A DNA stretch of 64,000 nucleotides from Halocafeteria seosinensis (taxonomy: Eukaryota), in the NCBI GenBank assembly GCA_001687465.1, contig LVLI01000173.1, positions 1 to 64,000 of the forward strand, in the 5' to 3' direction. Below the pieces are notes generated by a model. That model saw nothing but the letters and a program-made list of their open reading frames with translations, did no database searches and had not been told where the DNA came from. Position numbers and translations under genes: made by a program. Positions 38,401 through 50,689 of this stretch are shown one piece after another (position 1 is the first letter of the stretch; each line of letters starts with the position of its first letter).

Positions 38401-39701
38401 GTCCTGTTCATAAAAATCGTCCTTTAGCTTGAATCGGCGTGGATAAAACTGCGGAGAAAAATTACCACGATATTGCTGTAAGCTGTACTCTGTCGCATCT
38501 TCGCCTGCCTCATTCAGCATTGAGAAGCAGTTTAGGAAAACTCCTCTAACGATCTGATGCGCTGGAGGAACAGCGTGATGCTGCGGAAAATCCAATCCAA
38601 GAACTCGGTATAAATGCATGGCAGGCCATCCTCTTTCATGCTCTATACGCTGTTTCCTCGCATTCCAGATTGAGTATGTCTTTAACAATCTCCTGGTGTC
38701 GTCGTTGATTCGGAATGCTGTATTAGCATCATTAACCTTAAGGGGATCCAGCATCAGGTTTGACAAAATGTGATTCTCGCATGTAGTCGGGTGCATATAG
38801 GGACTCAAGTCGAACGCAGTGCGTAACGTTTCAACTTTAATTACAATATCAGCAGTTGATATGGCGCCAAATTTTGCTTTGGTGGTCACATGGGACTTCC
38901 ATTTCCTCATGTCTACTTTCTCCCACTTACTAGGGTCTATGGGACTGCCCAAACAGTGACATAGAATTTCATGGCTGGAAGCACATACGTTTGAAAACTT
39001 TTGGTCGTCTCCGTTCCACCTGTTATTAAGGAATTCGATAAAGTCATCAAGTGCAGCCCAATCACCCTGCTTGTGTCGGAAGATGTCCCTATACATCAGA
39101 TCGTACCTCCATTGCTGTTCGCATTCCGTGGCAATACGCTCTCCCAAGTCTCCTTCCGAGGGACGAAAGGGTAGACGGAGTTCTGAGCACATGTGCTGAA
39201 GACGCCGCGGGACGTACCAGCCGTGAATATAGTGAAGCCAGAACTCAGCATTTCCCATACCCATCAAATGGGTATGCAACTCACAAAATGACTCTTCTTT
39301 GATATGCTGCTTAATACGCCTTCTAGTTTTATGGGCTTGATCGATTTTCTCGAAGCCGTCGTTCTGCGGGACATCTGAGATGACCAGATTGAAGGCAGAC
39401 GAGAACCCCTAATTGATAACTACCCATCGTACTTACGTTGCATAATGGTCTTTGCTGTTTCTTCAATAAAATCGTTCCGAACAGTGTGGTATGAGTCACA
39501 GCGCCGCAGCCAGTGTCGCACACTTTCCTCAGTTATCCCTTGTACGGCATTGACACATCCCTCAACAAAACCTGAGACATCTCGGAGAGCTTTAAACAAT
39601 ATCTGCTGCTCTTGGTCATCGGAACGTGCTTCCATTCTTTCCCCTATTCCCTTGCGAATCGCGGCTTTGTGCTGTTCTGAGATATGTTTGCGCTCCCCCA
39701 T
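35416..39701 (-). CDS. Large (about 1400 aa) divergent adenosine/AMP-deaminase-like protein, intron 39375-39436
   Basis: After splicing: CELHTHLMG, GVLYVELS, VVGLDYFGDE, IRIHGAE, RIGHG, LELNLTSN, LCCDNDG. This is the complete amidohydrolase/ADA motif series. Confidence 0.85.
38060..38220 (-). repeat. Coding Q/E/T-rich tandem repeat inserted in the deaminase domain
   Basis: QTQQQKPEEREQQ-QTQQQPEEREQA-QTQHQVPERS-QTYTQEEQPSEPE-QTQTQ. Confidence 0.8.
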
Positions 39702-40292
39702 CGTGACTTCTACTGTTCTAGATTTGGGTATGCTATACGGCGACAAAAGGAAAATAGCCAACCCTCTTATTTGGCGAAACCTTAGCAAACGAAAATGCTA
39801 ATCTTCTCTAGTGGAGCATACACAAACCAAAACGCATCACAGAACCTGCATATTTCTGCTGCCGCACGAGTGAGATTGAATGAGTCATGACGCCATGATG
39901 ACGATCCTCAGACTGCGGCTACGGGATCACCCCCATTTCCATAAAATTGCACTCATGCCATACCCTTACCACCGCTGAGCTGATACCGACATGGTGATAC
40001 GGTCGAGTGAACGTGTGGGCTCAGCAGGCAGAGGCTCAGAGGATTGGCAGCTTCTCGCCGAAGAATCATCGTATTCGCAACAGTAAAGCTGTATGTATAT
40101 TGCATCTATATGTGCATCATTGTACGTTTATTCGAAGTTAACTGATCGGTAACTGGGCTTCTAAGTGGTCAACTTCGTGCGCCCTTATTTTCAGTCGGAA
40201 TGGATACTTGCGGTCAATTGCGATGAGTGAAAAAAACGTCATGACACAACGCTATGCTTGATTGCAATATATAAATGCTGTCGAACGTATCA

Positions 40293-40559
40293 CTACTGAT
40301 GCCCTCCATTGTTACTCTCTCCACCATGATGAGGTGCTGGCGTGAAGAATTTATATTGTACCACATCCTTGCACATCCACATAGCCCACACGCCAATGGC
40401 AACATTTAAACCCCAGTATCTTCCTCCTTTAATCTTATGCCTAAAGATAGGGTGTTTTCGCCAAATATCCTGTCCCTGTAATACCATGGTTCCTTCCGTT
40501 TCTGTCCAATAGCGCTCGTTTGCTCTCTGCGTTAGTTCAATGGGCACATTCATGTCCAT
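40293..40559 (-). CDS. NDUFB3: Complex I subunit NDUFB3 (B12)-like
   Basis: DIWRKHPIF followed by GLNVAIGVWAMW (one TM segment) and a His-containing tail, resembling plant-type B12 (WRKHP motif). The start is uncertain. Confidence 0.55.
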   Translation of the reverse strand: MDMNVPIELTQRANERYWTETEGTMVLQGQDIWRKHPIFRHKIKGGRYWGLNVAIGVWAMWMCKDVVQYKFFTPAPHHGGESNNGGHQ

Positions 40560-41059
40560 GGTGAATGAAATAGCTAATGAACAATACGAATCGATGGTGT
40601 ACTCACCTTTTAAACAACGGAGTCGAGGCAAAAATGCCTTGAATGTGCTCCTCCTGGACGTCTGCTGGCTTCAGCCAAACTCCCAATCTATCCTACACTT
40701 CACTAGCAGGATGAAGAAAGAAATATAACAGTTTCTCTAATCGTTGAATATTTACAATATAGGAGCCCCACCTACTGGTATACAAAGGCTTCCAGCAATG
40801 CACGGAATGGATCATTATAAATAAGATGAAGTGGACGAAATGTTTGTCGTGTTCCAGGAAGTGGTGGCCCCACTGGTGGGCCCGCAACTCAGTTCACACT
40901 TGTCCACAAGTGTGAGACTGGTATTCTCCCCAAAGTAACTTAAAAGACTTGATGCGGGGCCGGGGGAATTAGACTCGTTTTGGCGGGCACAAGTAGAATC
41001 TTGGAAAGGAGACGTCGTTTACATGGATGGTTACTGGAACAGTACAATACCAACGGGTG

Positions 41060-41200
41060 TGTATTGCTCCTACCGAAAGCCACGTATGCTACTGGCTACG
41101 CTACGCAGTGTGAGGGGTGAACCCTCCCGAAACCGCTCCAACATCTTCACATTGTGGCGCATCAACGTTGGCCGTCATCAGCTTGCGAAAGTTCCGCATC
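41060..41200 (+). repeat. Dispersed repeat; inverse copy at 48540-48695 and a weaker piece at 47617-47700
   Basis: Shared GCTACGCTACG..GTGTGAGGGGTGAACCCT and CATCAGCTTGCGAAAGTTCCGCATC. Confidence 0.85.
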
Positions 41201-41750
41201 CCGCGTGAACCCTCAAAGGGCAATCCACTTCAGGAACTTGACAACTGGTGATTCATTATGGACCAAGCCTGTATCTACTACAGTGCTACGATCGATGTCA
41301 AGCAACCACTTACGTACGAGTCGAACTAATACGGATTCAGGGTATATGTATATGGTATGCGCAACGGTGCAGAGTGGGGATCGAAGCTGAAGCTGAGTTG
41401 TAGCCCTCAAAACGCAGCAGTGTCACGATAGCTGAAGGAAGAACCAACGCCATGGGATTGATCCTCTTATCCAAAACCGCGACGTTTTACTCTGGCCGCT
41501 ATGTCCGTGGTCAATGGAAGCTGAGTGCTCGATAGCTCCATAAAAAAACGCAATATCGGCTATCAATGCATATTAGTGGGACTTAATGCTGTTTTTTGTT
41601 GCTCAAGCGTGGATGGGATCGGAAGTCTTCAAGCGGTTGATATGTCAAAACATAGCGCCCACGAGCCTGAATCAAGACGTTACTCGTCATCGTATTGTTT
41701 AGACACAATTCAAGCCGACTTAGAGGAGAGTTGCATCCTATCTAGTTCGA

Positions 41751-43289
41751 TCATTTGACTCGCTGCTCCCCAACTTTCCCGAGCGCATTTCCCAATGGAG
41801 CTATCCGCGTCCGCAATTTGTTGTAAACCTCGGTCAGGTTTACGTTATAAGCAGTCTCGCGTGCACTCTGTCGGCAAAGTTTATTGTTCATACACTCTGA
41901 CACAGAAAAGTCCTGCCAATCTTTCATAGCCCCATTTCCCGCTGGACTCCCACAAGTTCGAAGATAGTGCACGCCAGATCTGTTAGCAAAGTCTTGATAC
42001 ATCGAAGAGCGGTACATTGGCGGACTTAGCTCCAGGAAGAATGAGCCTGGCTGAGAAAACAAAATATTGATATTATGACTACCATGGGGTGAGACGAGAA
42101 GCCAGCAAGAGTAAAATCCTCGGGCTTGCACTTTAATCGAAACCTTCGAATTGAAGTGGAGGATATCAACCTTTCCGAGTACGTTTTCAAGCAGCCCCCA
42201 CAAGTGATTGAAATTCTCAGGATTCCTTCCATTGCTCCGCTTGAAAAGGCATGTTTTCTGTGGGCCACCCTGTGAAAATCCAAGGTAGTGCCAGGCCTTT
42301 CTCTTAAACCGCATTGCGCTCGTAGATGACCTGATCATTGTGCTTATTCTATTGAATAGCACGGCGATATGCTCGAAGGCTACACCATTCTTCCGCCAGT
42401 ACAAATCTTTCGGGAAAAGCATATTCGAGGTTTGATCTAGTGTAAGCTTGGATACAAGGCCATAAAACGTGTCCTCGTTCTTCACCAACGGAGCGGGGGT
42501 CTTCGGGAAAACATATGTCTGACACGGGAAGTCAGCTTCGAAGTAAGGAAATATCTGTCCGACGAAGTGTGCTAATGGACCATGCGTCGGCCTCTCGGAT
42601 ACTATGCAACTGAGCCCACGCACTAAGGGTTTCATTGGGTCTACGTTGCCAGGATGAGTTATGGAAACGTCAGGAGGTGAGCGCCAAGGCACAATGCGAT
42701 CGAGTATCATCTCTTGGGAATGCACTACTGCATAGTCGTGAATCACCGTTCTAAAACCACTTCGCAGAGTCACTGATCCACTGCCTTTTTCCTTGAGAAT
42801 AAGCGTTGAAAGAAACTTGTTCGCGCGAAGATACGGTGCACAGTGTACTGAACATCTATTGACAAATTCCCTCCATTGCGAATGCAGTTGTCCATTCCAG
42901 TTCCCCTCTTCCGCCAATTGCTGTGGCAGCGAAGCGGAACGCGAGCACAACCATTCCGACACCCCATTCGGTCGCTTTTCGGTTTCATTTACGCAAGTCT
43001 GCTCGAAGGGAGATAAGCTAGACATTTCGTGTCGAGTTACCACTTGGTTGCAGTATGTCCGAATCAAAGCTCTGAAAAGGCGTAGAGCTTGACTCCTCCT
43101 CTCCAGGTTCTCGGTCCCATTTTTCGAAGTTGGAAGCTCATGTTTCCCGGGGAAGGAGGGCAAATCAATTGACAATGTGGTTTCATGCTGTACCACGACA
43201 AAAAATGCTACAGCTAACGCTACGAGCAATAATAAAGGCCTCGTACGCGACCTCCAATTTGGAGTTCGCAGGCGCAACTTCTTCTCCAT
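41751..43289 (-). CDS. Type II membrane glycosyltransferase, GT61/DUF563-like
   Basis: N-terminal TM segment; RSNGRNPEN, SIKVQARGF, LVSPHGSHNINILFSQPGSFFLEL. Confidence 0.8.
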   Translation of the reverse strand: MEKKLRLRTPNWRSRTRPLLLLVALAVAFFVVVQHETTLSIDLPSFPGKHELPTSKNGTENLERRSQALRLFRALIRTYCNQVVTRHEMSSLSPFEQTCVNETEKRPNGVSEWLCSRSASLPQQLAEEGNWNGQLHSQWREFVNRCSVHCAPYLRANKFLSTLILKEKGSGSVTLRSGFRTVIHDYAVVHSQEMILDRIVPWRSPPDVSITHPGNVDPMKPLVRGLSCIVSERPTHGPLAHFVGQIFPYFEADFPCQTYVFPKTPAPLVKNEDTFYGLVSKLTLDQTSNMLFPKDLYWRKNGVAFEHIAVLFNRISTMIRSSTSAMRFKRKAWHYLGFSQGGPQKTCLFKRSNGRNPENFNHLWGLLENVLGKVDILHFNSKVSIKVQARGFYSCWLLVSPHGSHNINILFSQPGSFFLELSPPMYRSSMYQDFANRSGVHYLRTCGSPAGNGAMKDWQDFSVSECMNNKLCRQSARETAYNVNLTEVYNKLRTRIAPLGNALGKVGEQRVK

Positions 43290-43678
43290 ATAGGTGTTAA
43301 ATCATGCTCATGATGATGAGCCATACTACCCACATGTATTCCTCACGACGATCAAAAGTTTGCCCGTTGTGCATGACAATACTATAAAGGGTTGTGATTA
43401 TCACTGTGTATATCCTGCGAACTTGTCACGGCTGTACTTCAACGTGAGAAATTTGTTTGAATGTGGTAGCAAACAGTGAAACGGTAATGCATAATGGCAC
43501 GTGAAGTGAATTTTTTCTTGTTGATTCACGCAGCAATTTATATATGGACTTGTTGGTAAATTCTAGTGCTGCAGGCGGTCGCCAGACTCTCCGTGGTCTA
43601 GATTATGTCAACGACGTCATGGGTGCGGCGCCTGTCGACAACATTGCCATCAGTTTGCGCACAGAAACAAAGACGTCT

Positions 43679-46601
43679 TCATTGGGTGGACTGTCCCCAT
43701 GTAGTAGGAGCATCCGTCATGAAGAATTCAAGATTACCGCAATTGGTCAAGTTGCCATGCGACACGAATGGCGTTTCAAGTAGTTCGCTGTTCAGTCTAG
43801 CATGAGTCACGTAGATGTTCGAGGAAGAACTGTTATGAGCTGTGATGTTCAGGACACATGCACCCCGATCTAATCTTTCATTTCCTAAAAAGGAGCCAGG
43901 AACCGTCAGAGAAAACCTGGAAAACACTGGGGAGCCCAATACATAAGCATCAGTCCCAGATACCGGATAAACTCCCGCCATTGCCCATATTACCCAAGAC
44001 GACATGGTTCCGTAGTCATCATTTCCTGCATGGAAAGGGAAGAATCCGTATGTAGTGTTTTCATCAGCCTCCCAGCTAGATACTCACCTGGTATCCCGTT
44101 GGCGGTAGTGTTGTAGTAAAATCCAAGGCAAGCACGGCTGTATTTCTGCGTTAACCAAACATACTCGTTTCCTGCCCATGCGAACTGCCAAACGGTTAGT
44201 AAGTCTGGCTCATTGCCAGCCCAATAGTACGGGTTGGGCATGAAATCATTCAAGAACCATCCAAACTGTAAAGCAATCTTAGGAGATGCAGATGACCACC
44301 AACCAACGATACTCAGAGGAAACAGAGGAAACGCTTACCGATTTTTCGAAGAAGGTTGTTAACATATCGACGTACTGCTGCTTGCTGTTAAAAAGTCCTA
44401 TAAGTCCTTTTACGTCATGCGGGACGAACCACCTCCACTGCCATATATTTCCTTCAGTGTACAAGTGAGTCAGTGGGTATGGGAGCAAATCAAAGACAGG
44501 ACACTGAAAAGTTCCATTACTGTATCGCCCGCACATGCCTACTCTGTCCTTGTTCCATACATTTCTGTAAAACTGTCCCCGTTTTCGCAATATCGTTCCA
44601 TTTTTCTCGTCTCTAACGAAAGATGCCAATCTTCCTACGGTGTCGTCATCATAAGCCTGGGCAAGTGTTATCGAAGCCCCCTTTTCCTCGTCTTCGAGAG
44701 GAACGAATCCCAGCTCTTTGTACCTATGTGCAGCATCTTGGGACATTACCGCCTCTCGCGCATGCTCGTACACGGCAAAGATGTCAATGGGACAACTCGA
44801 TATTTCCCCATTACACAGCTTCATCATTGTGTCGGTCATAACTATAACGCCGTGACTAGCTATCATGCACCCAGTGTAGATATTGGCCAGCGGCCATCGA
44901 GGCAAATACCCACCCTCCTCGCTCATAATAACCAAGGACTTGACTGTATCGAGAGCTCGGTTCGGGAAGGACAATGTCAGCCACGGAGCCTGCGTGCGAT
45001 GAGTATCCCACAGGGAAAGGTCGCTTACGAAAGCGCTGTTCGGAATCAAGTCTTCAACGCATCGTTGGTTGAGCTTCCCCAAGGAGCAGTGCGAGCTCTC
45101 GTTTCTTGGGTTCCACCAAGGCCAATGATGAACGCGTCCATCAAATCCTGGATACTCACCATCCCATTCGGTATATGAGGTCGGAGAAAGATAACTGTGA
45201 TACACTGCTGTGTACACTTTGGTCAAACTTTTAGATGCCTCTTCCATAGTGGAGTCTAAAACAGGTTGTACTCGTACTCGAGATATTACTGAGTTCCAAA
45301 GAGTTAACACTGCTGAGGTACACTCTTCAAACGACACCCAAGTAGTAGAAGCATTAGTATACTGTTCATGCAACAAATTTCTCTCTGCATCTTCCGCAGA
45401 GCAGTAGCTTATGCCGGTCCGTACTGTGAAGACTACCGAGGAGCCGGAGGACGTAACAGCCGCAGACCCCAGTGACCCTGAATTGGTGATATTGATCGAT
45501 GTAGTTCCAATGCCTGTATTTCCTTCTAACCAGAAGAATGGCGAAATTGATATGGGCTCACCGCTTTCCAGACTATGGGTCTCAACTCGAACATATGCCC
45601 ACGTCTGGATTCCACCGAGGGGAGATCGCTCACTCAGACTTCCTGACGACAGAATATAGCCCTTTGAGATCATTACATGAGTGTCCTCCATTTTGGTCTC
45701 CAGAGAAGCATTTGGACAGTTCTTAGCATTTTGGCCCATAACTGTATGGCACACATCCAAAATTAGGTTACAAGGTTCTTCTCCAGTGCAATTGTAGCGG
45801 TGGATTCCTGCATGGCCACCGGACACGGCAAGCTCCGCTGTGGTATCGGCGTCCAGCAGTGATACAGAGTAATAACCAGGAAACGCAGTCTCATTCTCAT
45901 GAGAAAATCGAGATTTGTAGTTGCTGTCTGAAATCAGCGATGAGTTGAATGGTCTTCGCGACACCATCACACCAAAGTTGCCTGCGAAGAATGCATCATC
46001 CCGTATCCGTTGTCAAACTTCTGGTTACGGCCCTCAGACGTACCAAAATCTTGCACTCCAGATCCTACCATGTGAGTATGAGAGAATGCTTCTATGAAGT
46101 CATCATAATAATAGTAGCCACCGTTGTGGTCGAAAGGGATCCTGAATGCTGCCAACGCGAAAGACCGTAGACAACGGTAAACAATAAAGAGCAGAGCGTA
46201 TCACAAGAGCAACCCTTACGTTCCAGTCCCAGAGATGTATCCGGTCCTAGCCGCAGAGCACCGAATGGGATCTGTGGACCCGGAGGCAACGCAGCCAATC
46301 CGTAACCGAAGCCTCCCGTTCCGATTCTGGTATCCACAAAGTCGGAGGGATGAGTTCCAGCCATATCGGCTAATTGTTCAATCGAGGTTATGTCTTTGTA
46401 GCGTTCCAATTGAGGCCACTTTCCAGTCAGAGGAGTGTCATCTCTTCGGGCTGAAATGAAAGCCTTCATCTGATCCAACGGCACTTGGTGGTTAAGATCT
46501 CGTTCGAGTTTGGAGGGGAATCCGCGAAAAGGGGTTGCGATGGTCAGCTGCGGGGCCCATATTCCCAGCAAAACCAAGCCCAGACTCACAATGAAGCGCA
46601 T
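43679..46601 (-). CDS. GH92 alpha-mannosidase, secreted, multi-exon
   Basis: FVDTRIGTGG, PFGALRLGPDT, SLWDTHRT, YTEGNIWQWRWFVPHD, GNEPD, GIPG|NDDYGTMSSW. Confidence 0.92.
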
Positions 46602-47116
46602 GGCTCGCCTCCCCAAGAAAATAAGGAACAAACGATGACACACCAACTTGTGCCAATCCCCTTGAAAGTACTTGTACATTGTACAACACAATGTACATTA
46701 CGTGCCTGGGACGAGACACGAACTTCAACTTGCCAGTACACCCCTTGGGCCTTATTATACTGGACGCACAGAAACGAAATTCTTAGATGCTACCAAGCAA
46801 CGCGTTTGTAATGGCTGCGGGGAATTAATATTAACAGATGAAACGCTTTTGCGCCCCTTTCTGCCCTTGTAGGGGCTCAGTGCCTTGCCTTCCACGGCGC
46901 TACAGTGCCAGTTCCCATTCACAAACGCAGACGCAAATTTAAAACATGGAGCGGCAGGCCTCAGTCCTTCACAGTCAAAGGAAGAAAACATATCTTCTTT
47001 TGGGACACAACCCACACGGCATATTCCGGGTATGTTTTCGACGAAAGGCAACACACAATGTGACAGGTACCAGAGATACATGTAGTTCATCGACCAGGAA
47101 GTTGACTGAATCCATT

Positions 47117-47165
47117 TAACGAGGAGCGGTATGCGCACGTGTTAAGCAGCTACGGGATCGCTGTC
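47117..47165 (-). mobile_element. Short fragment of the chromovirus-like 3' end
   Basis: TTAACGAGGAGCGGTAT..GC.CGTGTTAAGCAGC.ACGGG matches 26744-26785. Confidence 0.7.
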
Positions 47166-47879
47166 CCGAAAGGCAAAAAGAAGCAATGCAGTCCCGGGAT
47201 TATACCGCATGTACATGTGCGATGCGCCCACAAAGCATCTCCAATCCGTCGTGTCACTCGCACCTCTTGGACACTCGCACGACACTTGGAGGTTGAAGTG
47301 TAGCCAAATATTATCCATCGAAAATGTATATCTCATCACAAGGAGTTTGTGCTATTTGATAATATACGTAGTGAGGAACATGTATAGTTCCTATTTTAAC
47401 AGGTGGCTCTGCCTACAAGGGGCATGGCCAGTTTCATCCGGGAAGACTGTAACTTTGAATCCTCTGAACCCTTGTCATTTTTCATACAATCATCATTGCT
47501 CCATTCCGAAATCATATTCCTTAATCACTGCAAACCCCCCCCCCCCCTCCAATCTTCGTGAACACGCATAAACGTATATCATCAGTTTCATGCGTGCATT
47601 CATACCTTTCCAAACTGGGGGGTTCACCCCTTCGTCAAATCCGATATTTGCGCAAGCACCGTCGGTCTTGTCTTGTACCTACACACGTCTTCCGGTGTAC
47701 CTTCTGTGGGTTGTATGTTGTCGTTTAGAAGTTGGCACCAATCGCATTTTTGCATTTTCACCCATGATGAATGTACGGTATAGCTACGAATAGATATTGT
47801 ATGGTATAAGTACGAGAGGGGCAAGCGCACTCAATAACTGGCTACACCAACAACGAGCACGCGGGCCACGACCCCGACA

Positions 47880-48530
47880 CTGCAACAGCGGAGGCGCACG
47901 CGATGCCAGAACAAAGGAGATACAACCTGAGATCATGAAGGACCCAAAGCCTCCCCAATGGAGCTATCATTAGCCACAAAACTGGACAATCAACAGCCGC
48001 AGAACGGAGAAAATCAACGAGGAAAGGCGCGCGCAGCACCCGCTGGAACATCAACAGGGTGCTTGACTATGACGAGAACACTGTCAAGATACTTTGGGTG
48101 ATGAGACAATAGAACCCAGAGAAAGGTTGGTCGAGGACCTAGGAACAAGACCTTAAAGAGTTCTCAACGAGTTGCTCCAGGTTGCAGACAACGCGCGCGC
48201 AAACGAGGAGCTTCACAACCACCTGACGAGAAGACTTCGGCGAGATCAGCGCCCGGGCGTGCCACAACAGCTTTCTCAAACAACGAACCAGCAACACAAT
48301 ATTGGAGAGAGGCCGATAAATGTCGTGGAGCTGCAAACCTATTTTGATGGGGCTGCACGAGGCAATCCTCCAAGATCCCTCACCATCACTGTAGAAGCGG
48401 AGAAGATGAAGCGGACAAAATACGGGCATCTGAGGGACCACCACACGGAAATTATCTCGTGGCGGTGGCTTCGGGGAAGACGCGATTAAGTTCCTCAAGA
48501 GAATTGCCAGGAAAGCACCGGGCTCCCGGG
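47880..48530 (+). mobile_element. Internally deleted retroelement relic: chromo-like domain, aRNH start, RLE tail
   Basis: RRYNLRS; WNINRVLDYD..KILW/ETIEPRERLVEDLG; QTYFDGAARGNP; AEKMKRTKYGHL; GGFGEDAIKFLKRIA. Confidence 0.65.
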
Positions 48531-48754
48531 AACAAGAGAGATGCGGAACTTTCGCAAGCTGATGATGGACCAAACTGTCAGTCACGTTGACGCACCACAA
48601 CGTGAAGATATTTGACCGGTTCCGGGTAGGGTTCACCCCTCACACGCCGTAGCGTAGCCTGTAGCATACACGTCTTCCGGCGATAGGAGCAATACTAATA
48701 CACACTGTACCGGAGTCCGGAGTAAGAGAGATAGCAATGCATAGCATCGGCCAA

Positions 48755-48757
<3 letters not shown>

Positions 48758-48791
<34 letters not shown>
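48758..48791. repeat. (CA)17 microsatellite
   Basis: Read directly; abuts the element end at 48808. Confidence 0.95.
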
Positions 48792-48794
<3 letters not shown>

Positions 48795-48807
48795 GTATAT
48801 ATATGGA

Positions 48808-49225
48808 GCGTGTTAAGCAGCGACGGACCCGCTTTTCTGCAGCCTCGCTGACAAGCGCCGGGAGGGAACGCAACACTGGTTGCCTCCTGGGCGACGGCAG
48901 GATTACCGACAAGGCTCAGCCTGGGAAGAGACGGCCCTGTGCCTGCCACAGCGACGCCAGAACAGCGCAGTTAGGGTTAAGCGTTGGACCAGACGAACAT
49001 TACCATGCCGCCAACTGACGTGGAAGGTGACGTCCCAGGAGTTCCGTCCAGCTCAGTTGCGTCAATATAGTCCAGATTGAAGTGCATCTCCTGCTCGAGG
49101 TCAAAGAAGATGCGGCTACCCAGGTCCTTTTGAAGCCCCGAGGGAAACCAGTTCCCACGTCCTGTGCCGACTCTGAGTAGCCCTTCCAGTGGACGAGGAT
49201 CCGCTTTTTGTGGATCCTGAGTGTG
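48808..49225 (-). mobile_element. Second copy of the chromodomain-bearing 3' end
   Basis: KRILVHWKGYSESA; collinear nucleotide similarity with 26766-27210. Confidence 0.85.
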
Positions 49226-49581
49226 AGTTGCCGCAGCTTCACAGAACGTGTTCAGGCAGCACGGGCGGGAGCCTCATAAGGGATGGCTACTCAGTATCTC
49301 ATGGAGTATACGGAACGGGAACGAGGGGATGGCAATAGTAGCAACATCTAGAGGTTGATAAAGACTTCTGTTACCGCTGCAATCGTTTCCGGAAGTTCCG
49401 AGTTGTAACGGATGCCTCCTGAGGCTCCTGTTGTTCGGCGTTGATGTGAAGTTGAACGAAAATCTAGACCATGCTTATGTTGTGAGGTCAATACCATTCG
49501 GAGCATTCGGTTCTTGGCTTATAGCCGCAGCTGAATAGTAATGAGGAACTTGATTCATCATAAGCTCTCCATTGAGACTCC

Positions 49582-50553
49582 TTAATAACTGCCAACTGCA
49601 CCCGATAATGCAGAGGTCAACATACATCGCGTTGTTTCCCCTGGAAATAACTTTTTCCCAGGTGTGGCCCCCTCCAAGGATACGGAATGGTTATCGTACA
49701 TGCGCAAATGTCGCCCATCCAAATGGCATAGGGTCGACGGATAACCAATTGGACCGTAAATGTAACCAAAGGTTAGCTTCCTGCCTAAGTGACTTTCAAC
49801 GCTTCCCCCGATCAACTTGAGATACCGCACGTATGAAGGAACATGAATGATGTGAGGGCCATTGCTCCGCTTCCACCGGTCAGTGGCCACACACACAGTG
49901 AGGTTCGGCGCGTGTAACTCAGACGTACACCGACTCCAAGTGTTGTGTCTATCAAACCGCAGGTAGTCGATTCTTAGTTGCTTCATCCCCATCAAAATAC
50001 TGTACATGCTGTGGTTGACAGTGTTAGCGTTGATCAGCCAATCGTGCTCCAGTTGCAAAGCATATTCAGTGGATGTAGCTTTGATGGACCGCGTATAACC
50101 GTCAGCCAAGCCTCTAGTCTGGACAACAGTCCCTAACCGAGCAAGACGTCTGGCAAAGGTAGGAAACGATGACCATTTGGGACGAGGGTCCGCAAATATC
50201 TGCACGGTAACATTATGTAAAGCAAAAAAGCCACGAAAGTTATCCAGGACGTAATGTATCATGGTCGTTCGAGGGCACGCAGCCACACAGTTCGTGAATA
50301 GGTTGATCGTGAGCCTCTTCTCGATTTCGCTCTTGTCTTTCCTGAAGTCCGTGAGGTTGGACTGACTTGTTCCCAGGTTATTATTCTTCGCTTGCAATTT
50401 TTCAGTTTTTTTAATTTGTGCATTCCTCGATACCCTGCATATGGTCTCAAGTCGTACGCATATCACCTAAGAGATAATGGGGATTACTCACACCAAACAA
50501 ATAATCAAAGCGGCAAGGCAGGATACCACTTCCCGCAAGTACGGTGACGCCAT
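49582..50553 (-). CDS. Type II membrane GT-A-fold glycosyltransferase-like protein, intron 50435-50491
   Basis: Exon 1 MASPYLREVVSCLAALIICLV splices through a 57-nt GT-AG intron in frame to VSRNAQ...; GLADGY, EYALQLEHDW, HLDGR. Confidence 0.65.
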
Positions 50554-50689
50554 TCTTCCCCAAGCCCGTACTTATAAGAAAGTTTGCTTATCCGACCAGT
50601 TCCCCGAGATCGTAGAACGCCTAGATATCACCAACGAGCCTTCGTATATGCCTCGGGAAGGATCCAAGTTGGCCGTTCAACCTAGATGT

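Noticed and set aside
44417..45178. 253-aa plus-strand ORF and similar antisense ORFs
   Set aside because: They are shadows of real opposite-strand genes and carry no motifs.
47117..47210. Possible self-cleaving ribozyme (GCGGTAT...ATACCGC pairing, TAAGCAGC)
   Set aside because: The conserved part is explained as the element's coding tail, the pairing is not kept in the other copies, and no twister or HDV core could be assigned.
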